Origin: an uncultured Pseudomonadota bacterium
GTDB lineage: Bacteria > Myxococcota_A > UBA796 > SXON01
Assembly: GCA_903891165.1 (NCBI GenBank)
Contig: CAITDR010000356.1
Coordinates: forward strand, 1 to 11,477
Direction: 5' to 3'
DNA: 11,477 nt
Shown here in pieces: positions 1 to 7,412 of the stretch. Numbering within the stretch: position 1 is the first letter of the stretch; the number at the start of each line of letters is the position of its first letter. The position numbers and the translations under genes are program-made. The notes below the pieces were generated by a model. The model worked only from the letters and a program-made list of their open reading frames with translations, was not told the origin of the DNA and ran no database searches.

Positions 1-148
1 ATCTCTCCAGCACCGGCTCCGACTCAGTAGGCGAAGGGGTCGGACAGGCAAGCAGAAGGAGGAGGTGTAGCACGCTGCCATTAGATACCAGAGTTCCGGA
101 AGCCGCAACTATCCGGGTTCAGATCCTCCTTGCCGTTCGGCAAAATTT

Positions 149-199
149 CCCCGATCCGCGACGGAATTTCGGGGCTGAATGAGCCCTCATTCACTTTTT
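149..199. terminator. Hairpin cluster at the 3' end of waaA/lpxK; possible bidirectional terminator
   Basis: On the plus strand, TGAATGAG-CC-CTCATTCA (176..193) is followed by TTTTT (195..199). On the minus strand, CCCCGA...TCGGGG (149..174) is followed by AAAUUUUG. This sits at a likely convergent gene junction at the window edge. Confidence 0.3.
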
Positions 200-2283
200 C
201 AGCCGCGCCAACCCCGACTCTGGAGCAGCCCGAGCAGCTCCTCCTCCCCCGAGACCAGCTCGGGTTCGACCACGAGCGCATGGGCACCCAGGTCGCGCGG
301 CAGGCGCGCGGCGTCCTTCTCGGTGAGTAGCACGAGGTGGTCGTCCAGCCATGCCTCGATACTCTGGAGGTCCATCCAGGTGAAGTTGTGGTGATCCGGA
401 TAGGCCCAGGCCCGCACCGGCCGGATACCCAGCCGCCGAAGTTGCCGGAAAAAGCCCTCCGGCCGCGCAATTCCCGCCATCGCCACCACCGGCCGTTTGG
501 GCAGGCTCTCCAGGGGCAGCCGTTGCCCCCGCCGCAGCCACGCCACCGACCGATAGCGCGCCTCTACGACCACCACCCCCGGCTTCAAAAAGGGGCGCAA
601 TTCCTGCGGGAGTGGCCCGTGGTTCACCCACAGGACGTCGGCCTTGCCCAGCCAGCTCCAGGGCAGCCGCCGCTCTCCCACGGGGATCGGCCCCCCTCCC
701 CCCGGCCAGCGTGCATCCACCACCACCACCTCCAGATCCCGGGCCAACCCGCCCACCTGGAGGCCGTCATCCAGCACTGCAATGGTGGCTCCTTCCGAGG
801 CTGCGCGCTCCACTGCAAGCCGACGATCGGGTGCTGAGGCCACCCGCAGCCCCCGCCGCGCCAGCATACACAGCTCGTCGCCCAGATCCTTCGCTTCTCC
901 GCTGGTCCGTACATCACTGCCGCGCCGACGCCCGTAGCCGCGGGACACCACCACCGGCTGCCCGTTCAGGCGCTCCGCCAGCCAGGCCGCCACCGGCGTT
1001 TTCCCAGCCCCCCCCGCCAACAAAGAGCCCACCGAGATCACCGGGATCCGCGCCCGGACCAGCGGCCGCGGACGCAATGCGGTGGCGAGGCTCCAAAGCA
1101 GAGAAAGAGGCCACAGGATCGGCCTCAGCCAACGCTCTGGCGCCGCCGATGGTCGGAGCAGCGGCAGCAGCCGCTCCACCACCCGATCCACCCGATCCTG
1201 GCCCTGCTGCGCCAGCGCATTGCCACGCGGCGCGGCCATGGCCTCGCTCAGGCTCTCGGCCAGATCCTCGGGCTCCAGGCAAAGAAAAGAATCCAGGGCG
1301 TCAAAGGCGGCGGCATTGGAGCGGGTATGGGGACCGTGTACCACAGGACAGCCGACGGCCGCTGCCTCCATCGGCGAGTGGCCCCCCACCCGCGCCACAA
1401 AGGTGCCTCCGATAAACGCAGCCCTTGCCTGTACATAAAGACCGCCCAACTCTCCAAAACTGTCCAGAAGCAGCACCTGCACGCCGGCGGGCACCCGCCC
1501 ATCCGTCAGGCTGCTGCGCCGCACAAAGTTCTCGCCCTGCTGCTGCAGCCAGGCCGCAACGGTGCCAAAACGATCGGACTCCCGCGGCGCAAGCACCAGC
1601 AAGGGCCGAGGATTCAGCTTCCGAACGGCCTCCAACAGCGGCCCCTCTTCCTCCACATAGGTGCAGGCGCCGATCACCGCGTCGCCCTTCCAGCGCAGCG
1701 CGGCCACCGTCGTCTGAGCTCCGGCCTTCAAATCCCCGGTGGGTTCGCCGCCTCCAAAAGCAGCCGCCTCGGCGTCTACCGGCATCCAGACAATCTTTTT
1801 CCGCAGAGAGGACCACATCCCTGGCAGTTGTGCCAGCCGACGCAGGCCATGCCCGACCCGCGCGCCCACCACCACCGGGATCTGTCGCCGGGCGGCGGCG
1901 GCGATAAGGCAGGGCCACAGCTCCGCCTCCACCAGAATCAGGATGCGCGGACGCACGCGATCCAATAGCCGTCCCAGAAGCAGTGGATTATCAAAGGGCA
2001 ACAGCAGCGTCTGGTCGGCGCCCACGTCCACATTCCGTGCGGTTGCAGAGCTACACGTCCGCAGGATGGGCAGGTCCAGCTGTTCCTGCATGCCGGCAAT
2101 AAGGTTGGCAGCCAGCCGCCCCTCGCCCAACGATGCGGCGTGTATCCATATTGCCCCAGGTTCTACCTCAATCTTTGCCATACCCAGGCGCTCGCGAAAG
2201 CCCACCCGCAAGCGCGGCAGCAGGATCAGGAACGGCAAAAAGGGCGTGGCCAGGAGGGAGAAAAGCTGAAGAAGGAGAAGCAC
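199..2283 (-). CDS. waaA/lpxK: Bifunctional 3-deoxy-D-manno-octulosonic acid (Kdo) transferase WaaA/KdtA (N-terminal ~378 aa) fused to tetraacyldisaccharide 4'-kinase LpxK (C-terminal ~315 aa)
   Basis: The ORF is 694 aa with a GTG start at 2283 and a TGA stop at 199..201. The N-terminus has a hydrophobic helix followed by IWIHAASLGE, which matches E. coli KdtA IMLHSVSVGE. The GT-B C-terminal motif GGHSPMEAAAVGCPVVHGPH matches KdtA GGHNPLEAAAHAIPVLMGPH. Residues ~385-694 carry the LpxK membrane helix (RPILWPLSLLWSLATAL) and P-loop VISVGSLLAGGAGKTP followed by VVSRGYGR, matching E. coli LpxK VVVVGNLTAGGNGKTP...VVSRGYGG. AGGGAG lies 8 nt upstream of the GTG and overlaps the stop of the preceding gene. 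The plus-strand ORFs here are low-complexity antisense artefacts. Confidence 0.85.
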   Translation of the reverse strand: MLLLLQLFSLLATPFLPFLILLPRLRVGFRERLGMAKIEVEPGAIWIHAASLGEGRLAANLIAGMQEQLDLPILRTCSSATARNVDVGADQTLLLPFDNPLLLGRLLDRVRPRILILVEAELWPCLIAAAARRQIPVVVGARVGHGLRRLAQLPGMWSSLRKKIVWMPVDAEAAAFGGGEPTGDLKAGAQTTVAALRWKGDAVIGACTYVEEEGPLLEAVRKLNPRPLLVLAPRESDRFGTVAAWLQQQGENFVRRSSLTDGRVPAGVQVLLLDSFGELGGLYVQARAAFIGGTFVARVGGHSPMEAAAVGCPVVHGPHTRSNAAAFDALDSFLCLEPEDLAESLSEAMAAPRGNALAQQGQDRVDRVVERLLPLLRPSAAPERWLRPILWPLSLLWSLATALRPRPLVRARIPVISVGSLLAGGAGKTPVAAWLAERLNGQPVVVSRGYGRRRGSDVRTSGEAKDLGDELCMLARRGLRVASAPDRRLAVERAASEGATIAVLDDGLQVGGLARDLEVVVVDARWPGGGGPIPVGERRLPWSWLGKADVLWVNHGPLPQELRPFLKPGVVVVEARYRSVAWLRRGQRLPLESLPKRPVVAMAGIARPEGFFRQLRRLGIRPVRAWAYPDHHNFTWMDLQSIEAWLDDHLVLLTEKDAARLPRDLGAHALVVEPELVSGEEELLGLLQSRGWRG

Positions 2284-2292
2284 CTTTGCTCC

Positions 2293-2619
2293 CTAACCCA
2301 TCTCCGAAGCTCCGCCCGGAAAGACCCAGCCATAGCGATCCATCGCGACACGATTCTGCTCGACCACCACGCCCTCCGCCTCCAGAAGTCCGCGTTGAAG
2401 CAGCGGGCGTCCGGGGTCTCCCTGCTGGGCGATGTGGCCGCTGCTCCGCAGTACCCGGTGCCAGGGCACATCGGTGCCACCGGGGAGGGCGGCCAAGGCA
2501 AAACCCACCTGCCGGGCCGCCCGGGGGCTGCCCAGCGCGGCGGCCACATGGCCGTAGCCCGCCACTTTTCCAAGGGGAATGGTCTGAACCAGCGCGTAGA
2601 CCCGCTTCCGAAAGGACAT
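2293..2619 (-). CDS. atl: Alkyltransferase-like protein (ATL); MGMT/Ogt-family DNA-binding domain lacking the catalytic cysteine
   Basis: The ORF is 108 aa from the ATG at 2619 (the ORF track extends to 2706 on an upstream alternative start). The sequence is the MGMT winged-helix: VYALVQTIPLGKVAGYGHVAAALGSPRAARQVGFALAAL...VPWHRV. The canonical PCHRV is replaced by PWHRV, as in E. coli YbaZ/Atl, so no alkyl-acceptor Cys is present. The TAG stop at 2293..2295 lies 9 nt upstream of the waaA/lpxK start. Confidence 0.8.
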   Translation of the reverse strand: MSFRKRVYALVQTIPLGKVAGYGHVAAALGSPRAARQVGFALAALPGGTDVPWHRVLRSSGHIAQQGDPGRPLLQRGLLEAEGVVVEQNRVAMDRYGWVFPGGASEMG

Positions 2620-2669
2620 CGCCGCGGCCTCCGGCCAGCAGGTTAACGCTGTGCGCCCCTGGATACCGC

Positions 2670-3596
2670 ATGTCTGTAGCGCCCCGCTGGCGTCGCCTGC
2701 TCGCATTTATGTTGGACGGCCTGCTGATCGGCGTTGTCGCCACCGGCCCGGCGCTGTTCTGGGGTCAGCTTGCGCAGCCGCTTGGCATGTGGGGGCACCT
2801 GCTGTTGGTGCCGGTCATGACGCTCTATCGTGGGCTTTTTCAGGGCTTTTTTGGAGGGACCCCTGGGCAATTGCTGCTGGGGCTACGGGTGGTGTCTGCC
2901 GATGGGGGGCGCCTGAGCCTGACGACGGCGCTGCTGCGGGGGGCGATCCTGGGTCTGGGGCTGGGCACCATGGGCATGACCATGCCCGGAAATTCGTGGG
3001 GAGAGGTGGGGATTCGGCTGTTGGGCGGCCTTTTTGGGGCAGGTAGCCTCTACCTGGCTCTTTTTGAGGGAAGTCGTCGGGGCCTGCACGATCTGGTGGC
3101 CGGAACGCTGGTTGTTCGACGGGGCCAAGAGCCAACGGTGGCGCCGGTTGCTCGGGTCCACGGGGTGGTGGTGGCGCTCTTGGCCCTGGTGCCGACGCTG
3201 GCCTCGGTGCCCATCAGCCAGCGCAGCAGTATTCAGAGCCTCCAACAACAGCTTTCGGCCGATCCTCGGCTGCGCGACCTGCAGATCTGGGAGGAGTCGG
3301 TGGAGTCCCATGGGCAGACCGGGGGGCTCTTGCGGGTAGAGGCCTGGTGGATGGGGGAGCCGGGGGAGGTGGGGATCTGGATGGAGGGGGTGGAAAAAGC
3401 GGTTCGCGACTCAAAGATTTCCGGGGTCGAGATCCTGACGGTGGAGCTGACCTCGGGCTGGGATGTGGGCTTTGCTGCGGGCACCACCCACCACGAGCGG
3501 AGTGTGCCGCTTTTTGCGCAGGAGCAGAAGGAGGGGGAGAAAGCCACCCCGGGGCCGACGGAGACGCAGGAATTGGAGAAGCTGAAGGAGCTGTAG
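2670..3596 (+). CDS. RDD-family integral membrane protein with a ~160-aa C-terminal extension
   Basis: The ATG at 2670 is in frame with the 2133..3596 ORF, and the upstream extension was rejected. The N-terminal RDD-domain hallmarks are present: RRLLAFMLDGLLIGV, GTPGQLLLGLRVVSADGGRLS and RRGLHDLVAGTLVV (R..D..D in hydrophobic helices). An additional TM helix VVVALLALVPTLASVPI follows, then a soluble region ending in a charged tail QEQKEGEKATPGPTETQELEKLKEL. The gene is divergent from atl and convergent with msbA. Confidence 0.75.
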   Translation: MSVAPRWRRLLAFMLDGLLIGVVATGPALFWGQLAQPLGMWGHLLLVPVMTLYRGLFQGFFGGTPGQLLLGLRVVSADGGRLSLTTALLRGAILGLGLGTMGMTMPGNSWGEVGIRLLGGLFGAGSLYLALFEGSRRGLHDLVAGTLVVRRGQEPTVAPVARVHGVVVALLALVPTLASVPISQRSSIQSLQQQLSADPRLRDLQIWEESVESHGQTGGLLRVEAWWMGEPGEVGIWMEGVEKAVRDSKISGVEILTVELTSGWDVGFAAGTTHHERSVPLFAQEQKEGEKATPGPTETQELEKLKEL

Positions 3597-3605
3597 AAGC
3601 GGCCT

Positions 3606-5327
3606 CTACGCTCCCTGCCGTGCCAGCAGTCGTGCGTAGACACCGCCGCGGGCAAGCAGCTCCGCATGACGCCCCTGCTCCACCAGCTCTCCTCCTTCCA
3701 AGACCAGAATCCGATCCGCATCACGAATGGTGGAAAGACGATGGGCAACCACAAAAGTGGTACGACCCACCATCAAGCGGTCCAGGGCCTCATTCACCAG
3801 GGCCTCGCTCTCCGCATCCAGGTTGGAGGTGGCCTCGTCCAACAGCAGTACCGGCGCCCCCCGCAGCACTGCACGGGCGATACACAGGCGCTGCCGCTGC
3901 CCACCGGAAAGACGCATGCCCAGCTCATTCACAAAAGTCTGGTAGCCGAGGGGTAAGTCCTTTACAAAAGGATGCGCGTTGGCCACCCGCGCCGCCTCTT
4001 CAACCGCGGCATCGCTGGCCTCCGGGCTGCCGAAGCGGATATTGTCCGCCACGGACTCATCAAAAAGAAAGGGCTCCTGGGTGACCATCGCAAGCTGCCG
4101 CCGAAAAGAGGACAGCTCCAGTTGCCGCAGCTCGGTGGCGTCCCAGAAGATTCCCCCGGCCGTCGGATCCCGAAGGCGCGCCAGCAGACTGAGCAGCGTC
4201 GTCTTGCCTGATCCGCTTGCCCCCACAATGGCCACCCGCTCCCCGGCCTGGACGCGGAAGGAAATGCCCTTCAGAACCTCCTCCTCACCATAAGAATAGC
4301 GAAGTTGTTCGACCTGTATCTCGGCGGGAGCCGTCGCCAGGACAGTACCTTCGTGACTCAATCCAGAGTCACGGTCCAGAAGCTCCAGAATCAGCTCCGC
4401 GGAGGCCACCGAGCGCTGCAGAAGGCTGCTCACCTGGGTCAGCCCCTTGAGCGGATCATTCATCAGCCCCAGCGCCACCAGAAAGGCGATCAGCTCCCCC
4501 GGCCGCAGGGTACCTACAAAAACATCCTGCCCGCCCACCCACAAAGCTGCCCCCACGCCTAACGCCGCGATCAGCTCCACCGTGGGTCCGGGCAACAATT
4601 GTGCAGTGGTGGCACGGAGCTGATCGGCCTGGTGCTGGCGATTGAGCTGGACAAAGCGGGCGACCCGCTGGGCATGTGCGCCGAAGACCTGCACCACCCG
4701 GATACCGGTGAAACTCTCCTGGGCCGAGCCCGATAGTTTTGCACCACTGTCCAGAGAAGCCCGCGCCTGCAGCCGCAGCCGTGCCCCGAAGCGCTGGATG
4801 GGCAGCACCACCAGGGGGAGCAGCACCAGCGCAATGATGGCAAGCTTCACATTCATGTAGAGGGCGCTGCCGATCAACACCATCAGGGTCAATGGCTTCT
4901 GCACCGCAGTCACGACGCCGGAGGTGGCATACTGCAGGTTGTTCACATCCGCCATCAACCGACTCACCTTCTCCCCAGAGGCTGCACTTTGTTGCCAGTC
5001 GAGGTCGAACCCCAACATTTTCTCATACAGACGCTCCCGCAGATCACTGACGATGCGCCAGGAAATGGAGCGGGTGATCATCGCCCGGGTGAAGTTGACG
5101 CCGCCATTGAGCGCATACAAACCCACCACCGCAAAGGGCATCAGCGCCAGCCGCCCGGCATCCCGCGCAATCAGCACGTCGTCCAGCACCGACTGAATGA
5201 GAAAGACCAGGACACCCGGTATCGCCGAAGCCACCGCCATCAGCAGCAGCGAAAACAATAATAGACCTTTGTACGGCACAAAAAGGCCCAAGAGCCGCCA
5301 CAACACCGCCCGCCGTCTACGGGGCAT
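3606..5327 (-). CDS. msbA: ABC transporter, fused permease/ATPase of the MsbA (lipid A / LPS flippase) type
   Basis: The ORF is 574 aa from the ATG at 5327, preceded by GGAGGGAGG immediately upstream. It has a six-helix TMD followed by an NBD with Walker A GASGSGKTTL, signature LSGGQRQRLCIARA, Walker B VLLLDEATSNLD and H-loop FVVAHRLS. It sits next to lpxK/waaA as in the E. coli msbA-lpxK operon. Its start overlaps the upstream gene's stop by 11 nt. Confidence 0.85.
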   Translation of the reverse strand: MPRRRRAVLWRLLGLFVPYKGLLLFSLLLMAVASAIPGVLVFLIQSVLDDVLIARDAGRLALMPFAVVGLYALNGGVNFTRAMITRSISWRIVSDLRERLYEKMLGFDLDWQQSAASGEKVSRLMADVNNLQYATSGVVTAVQKPLTLMVLIGSALYMNVKLAIIALVLLPLVVLPIQRFGARLRLQARASLDSGAKLSGSAQESFTGIRVVQVFGAHAQRVARFVQLNRQHQADQLRATTAQLLPGPTVELIAALGVGAALWVGGQDVFVGTLRPGELIAFLVALGLMNDPLKGLTQVSSLLQRSVASAELILELLDRDSGLSHEGTVLATAPAEIQVEQLRYSYGEEEVLKGISFRVQAGERVAIVGASGSGKTTLLSLLARLRDPTAGGIFWDATELRQLELSSFRRQLAMVTQEPFLFDESVADNIRFGSPEASDAAVEEAARVANAHPFVKDLPLGYQTFVNELGMRLSGGQRQRLCIARAVLRGAPVLLLDEATSNLDAESEALVNEALDRLMVGRTTFVVAHRLSTIRDADRILVLEGGELVEQGRHAELLARGGVYARLLARQGA

Positions 5328-6741
5328 CCTCCCTCCCCGGCCGACCACAGTCCCAGACCTCAAACACCTGCCAGCGCGAAAACACCGATCCATCGATATT
5401 GCGCTGGGTCACGACGTTCGGAGAGCCCCGCCGTTCGCAGAATTTCTCGGCGATGATGGAGGGCGACCCGCGCCAGGGACGTACAAAAAGTGCGTGTTCG
5501 GACCAACGGATCGGCCAGAGATCGAACTGGTCGGCCCGATCCACCCCCGGCAGAGCATAGGCTTCGATGCCGCGGTAGTAGCGCAAGAGCGCCGCCTCCT
5601 GGTAGCGGTTGGTGTACACCGGCCCGATGCGATTTTCTCCACTTCCATCCACCTTCGTGCTACCCCAGGCCGCTACCGAGTCGGCCAGATCCCGCCCCAC
5701 CCCCAGCCGTGCGGTGGGGTCCCGATCCAGGTCCACCAGCGGCACGTAGAGATGCACCACCACAGCGAGCGAAAGAATGGCGGCAAAAGCACCTCCCAGC
5801 CAGGCTCCCCGAAAAATCCGTCCCGACGATCGACTCAGGAGCAGCGATGCCCCGATCCAGGCCGGAGCGGCCCAATTGGGCTCTCCCTGCGCCCGACTTC
5901 CAGCCCAGGTGAAGAACAGAAAAACCGGCATAGAAGTCCACATCCCCAGCCTCTCTATCCTTCCCGCCCCCTTCCCGAAGGCCGACACCCAGCCTGCCAC
6001 CATGGCCCCAAAGAGCACCGGCGTCACCAGCAGCAGCTGCGCCCCGGCAAAGGTGGCCGCCCCCCACAGCCCCGGCGCCTCCTTCTGCACCAGCCCATGG
6101 TCAAACTGAAAGCGGATGGAGATCCAGTCATGCTGCGCATTCCAAACCAGGTTGGGTGCGATCACCATCCCCGTCAGCAGCATACCCGCCAACATCCCCA
6201 CAAACGGAAATTCATGGCGATGTCCGGCACGCCGTGCCAGCCAGACTTCATGCAGCTCTGCCAACACAAAGAGCGGCCAGATCCCCCAGCCACTGTACTT
6301 GGCCAGCCCCGCGAGCCCGGCGCCCAGACCCGCGAGCCCCCAGGCCCCCCGGCAGGCCCCCGCCAAGGCCAGCGTCCAGCCGAAGAGCAGCGGCACATCC
6401 GGGGTGGCCAGTACCCCCCCCAGCGTATACAGCGGCATTCCCCCTAAAAGAAGCAGGAGCAACCTCCGATCTTTCGCCCAAGGCGCCAGCAACAGCGGCA
6501 ACATCGAGCCCAGAATCACCGCAGCGCCCCGCACCCCCAGCGCCGTTGCTCCAAAAACCGCATCTGAGGCGGCAATTACCGCCGCGATCGCGGGTGGATG
6601 ATCATAGTAGCCCCAGGCAAGCTGGCGCGCCCATGTCCAATAGTAGGCTTCATCCTCCACAATTCCGGTCGTGGCCGCCAGCACCAGCCGCAGCGCCGCC
6701 AGCAAGCCCACCCCCACCCACAGCCAGTGCTGCGCTTTCAA
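5317..6741 (-). CDS. ArnT/PMT-like (COG1807; GT83/GT39-type) polyprenyl-phosphate-sugar-dependent membrane glycosyltransferase
   Basis: It is a multi-pass membrane protein with the family motif right after the first helix: IVEDEAYYWTWARQLAWGYYDHPP (compare ArnT DETRYAEISREM). The stop is TAG at 5317..5319. The start is uncertain. The ORF track starts at TTG 6753. I favour TTG 6741, which forms a TTGA start/stop overlap with the upstream GT2 gene and has GGGAG 6 nt upstream. GTG at 6717 is also possible. Confidence 0.75.
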   Translation of the reverse strand: MKAQHWLWVGVGLLAALRLVLAATTGIVEDEAYYWTWARQLAWGYYDHPPAIAAVIAASDAVFGATALGVRGAAVILGSMLPLLLAPWAKDRRLLLLLLGGMPLYTLGGVLATPDVPLLFGWTLALAGACRGAWGLAGLGAGLAGLAKYSGWGIWPLFVLAELHEVWLARRAGHRHEFPFVGMLAGMLLTGMVIAPNLVWNAQHDWISIRFQFDHGLVQKEAPGLWGAATFAGAQLLLVTPVLFGAMVAGWVSAFGKGAGRIERLGMWTSMPVFLFFTWAGSRAQGEPNWAAPAWIGASLLLSRSSGRIFRGAWLGGAFAAILSLAVVVHLYVPLVDLDRDPTARLGVGRDLADSVAAWGSTKVDGSGENRIGPVYTNRYQEAALLRYYRGIEAYALPGVDRADQFDLWPIRWSEHALFVRPWRGSPSIIAEKFCERRGSPNVVTQRNIDGSVFSRWQVFEVWDCGRPGREDAP

Positions 6742-7412
6742 CCCCGCTCCCAACGCAGACGTGGAATCGCAAAAGCAGCTTCTACGGCAATTGCAGGCGA
6801 CATCTTTGACTTCCCCTCCCGACGTTCGGTGAACAGGATCGGCACTTCCCGCAGCTTCGCGCCGACCTGAATCGCCCGGAAGGTGGTTTCCACCTGAAAA
6901 ACATAGCCGTCCGACCGCACCGAGGCCACATCAATGGCCCGCAGCGTCGCCGCCCGCCAGCACTTGAAGCCCCCCGTCGGATCCACCACGGCCATCCCCA
7001 ACAATTTGGATGCGTAGATCGAGCCAAAACGCGAGATCAGCCGCCGGTGCAGTGCCCAGTTCCGTGTACCCCCACCCGCCACATAGCGCGAGCCCAACGT
7101 CAGCTCCGCATCGGTGTTCAAGCGCAGAAGATCCAGCGGATCATGGGAAAAATCGGCGTCCATCTGGTAGATGGGATCCAGACCTTCCGCCAGGGCCCAC
7201 ACCATTCCCTCCCGATAGGCCGGCCCCAGCCCACGTGGACCTTTCCGCCGCATCACCTCCGCCCCCGCCTCCTCCGCCCGCTCCGCGGTTCCATCTGGCG
7301 AGGCATCGTCGATCACCAGGATCCGGGCGGAAGGAAGCACATTCCGTACTGCGCGTACCATCGCAGCGATGTTTTCAGCTTCCTGATAGGTGGGGAGGAG
7401 GACGGCGGGCAT
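6738..7412 (-). CDS. GT2 polyprenyl-phosphate glycosyltransferase (ArnC / Dpm1 / GtrB-like)
   Basis: The ORF is 224 aa with an ATG start at 7412 and a TGA stop at 6738..6740. The GT-A N-terminus is MPAVLLPTYQEAENI...ILVIDDASPDGT (DxD). It continues with YQMDADFSHDP...GSRYV...TGGFKCW, typical of dolichyl/undecaprenyl-phosphate sugar synthases. It is the first gene of a run with the ArnT-like GT and msbA. Confidence 0.85.
   Translation of the reverse strand: MPAVLLPTYQEAENIAAMVRAVRNVLPSARILVIDDASPDGTAERAEEAGAEVMRRKGPRGLGPAYREGMVWALAEGLDPIYQMDADFSHDPLDLLRLNTDAELTLGSRYVAGGGTRNWALHRRLISRFGSIYASKLLGMAVVDPTGGFKCWRAATLRAIDVASVRSDGYVFQVETTFRAIQVGAKLREVPILFTERREGKSKMSPAIAVEAAFAIPRLRWERG

Noticed and set aside
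612-1968. Plus-strand ORFs 612..1415 (267 aa), 1082..1438, 1327..1968 and 1425..1907 inside the waaA/lpxK locus, and minus-strand 191..631 and 914..1282
   Set aside because: They are Pro/Arg/Ala-rich low-complexity translations antisense to, or out of frame with, a gene that has unambiguous WaaA and LpxK motifs.
2133-2669. Upstream extension of the RDD gene to the ORF-track start at 2133 (487 aa), and the 2168..2743 and 2226..2573 minus ORFs
   Set aside because: The extension runs antisense through atl and the waaA start. The RDD family N-terminus (RRLLAFMLDGLLIGV) begins right at the ATG at 2670.
3597-3605. Weak hairpin GTAGA-AGCGGCC-TCTAC at the convergent RDD/msbA junction as a bidirectional terminator
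   Set aside because: The stem is only 5 bp with no flanking U-tract, which is insufficient to call.
5197-6447. 416-aa plus-strand ORF and other plus ORFs (5490..5912, 5777..6109, 6116..6601, 6156..6809) over the ArnT-like gene
   Set aside because: They are antisense low-complexity sequence (P/R/S-rich). The minus-strand frame carries the COG1807 motif and a coherent hydropathy pattern.
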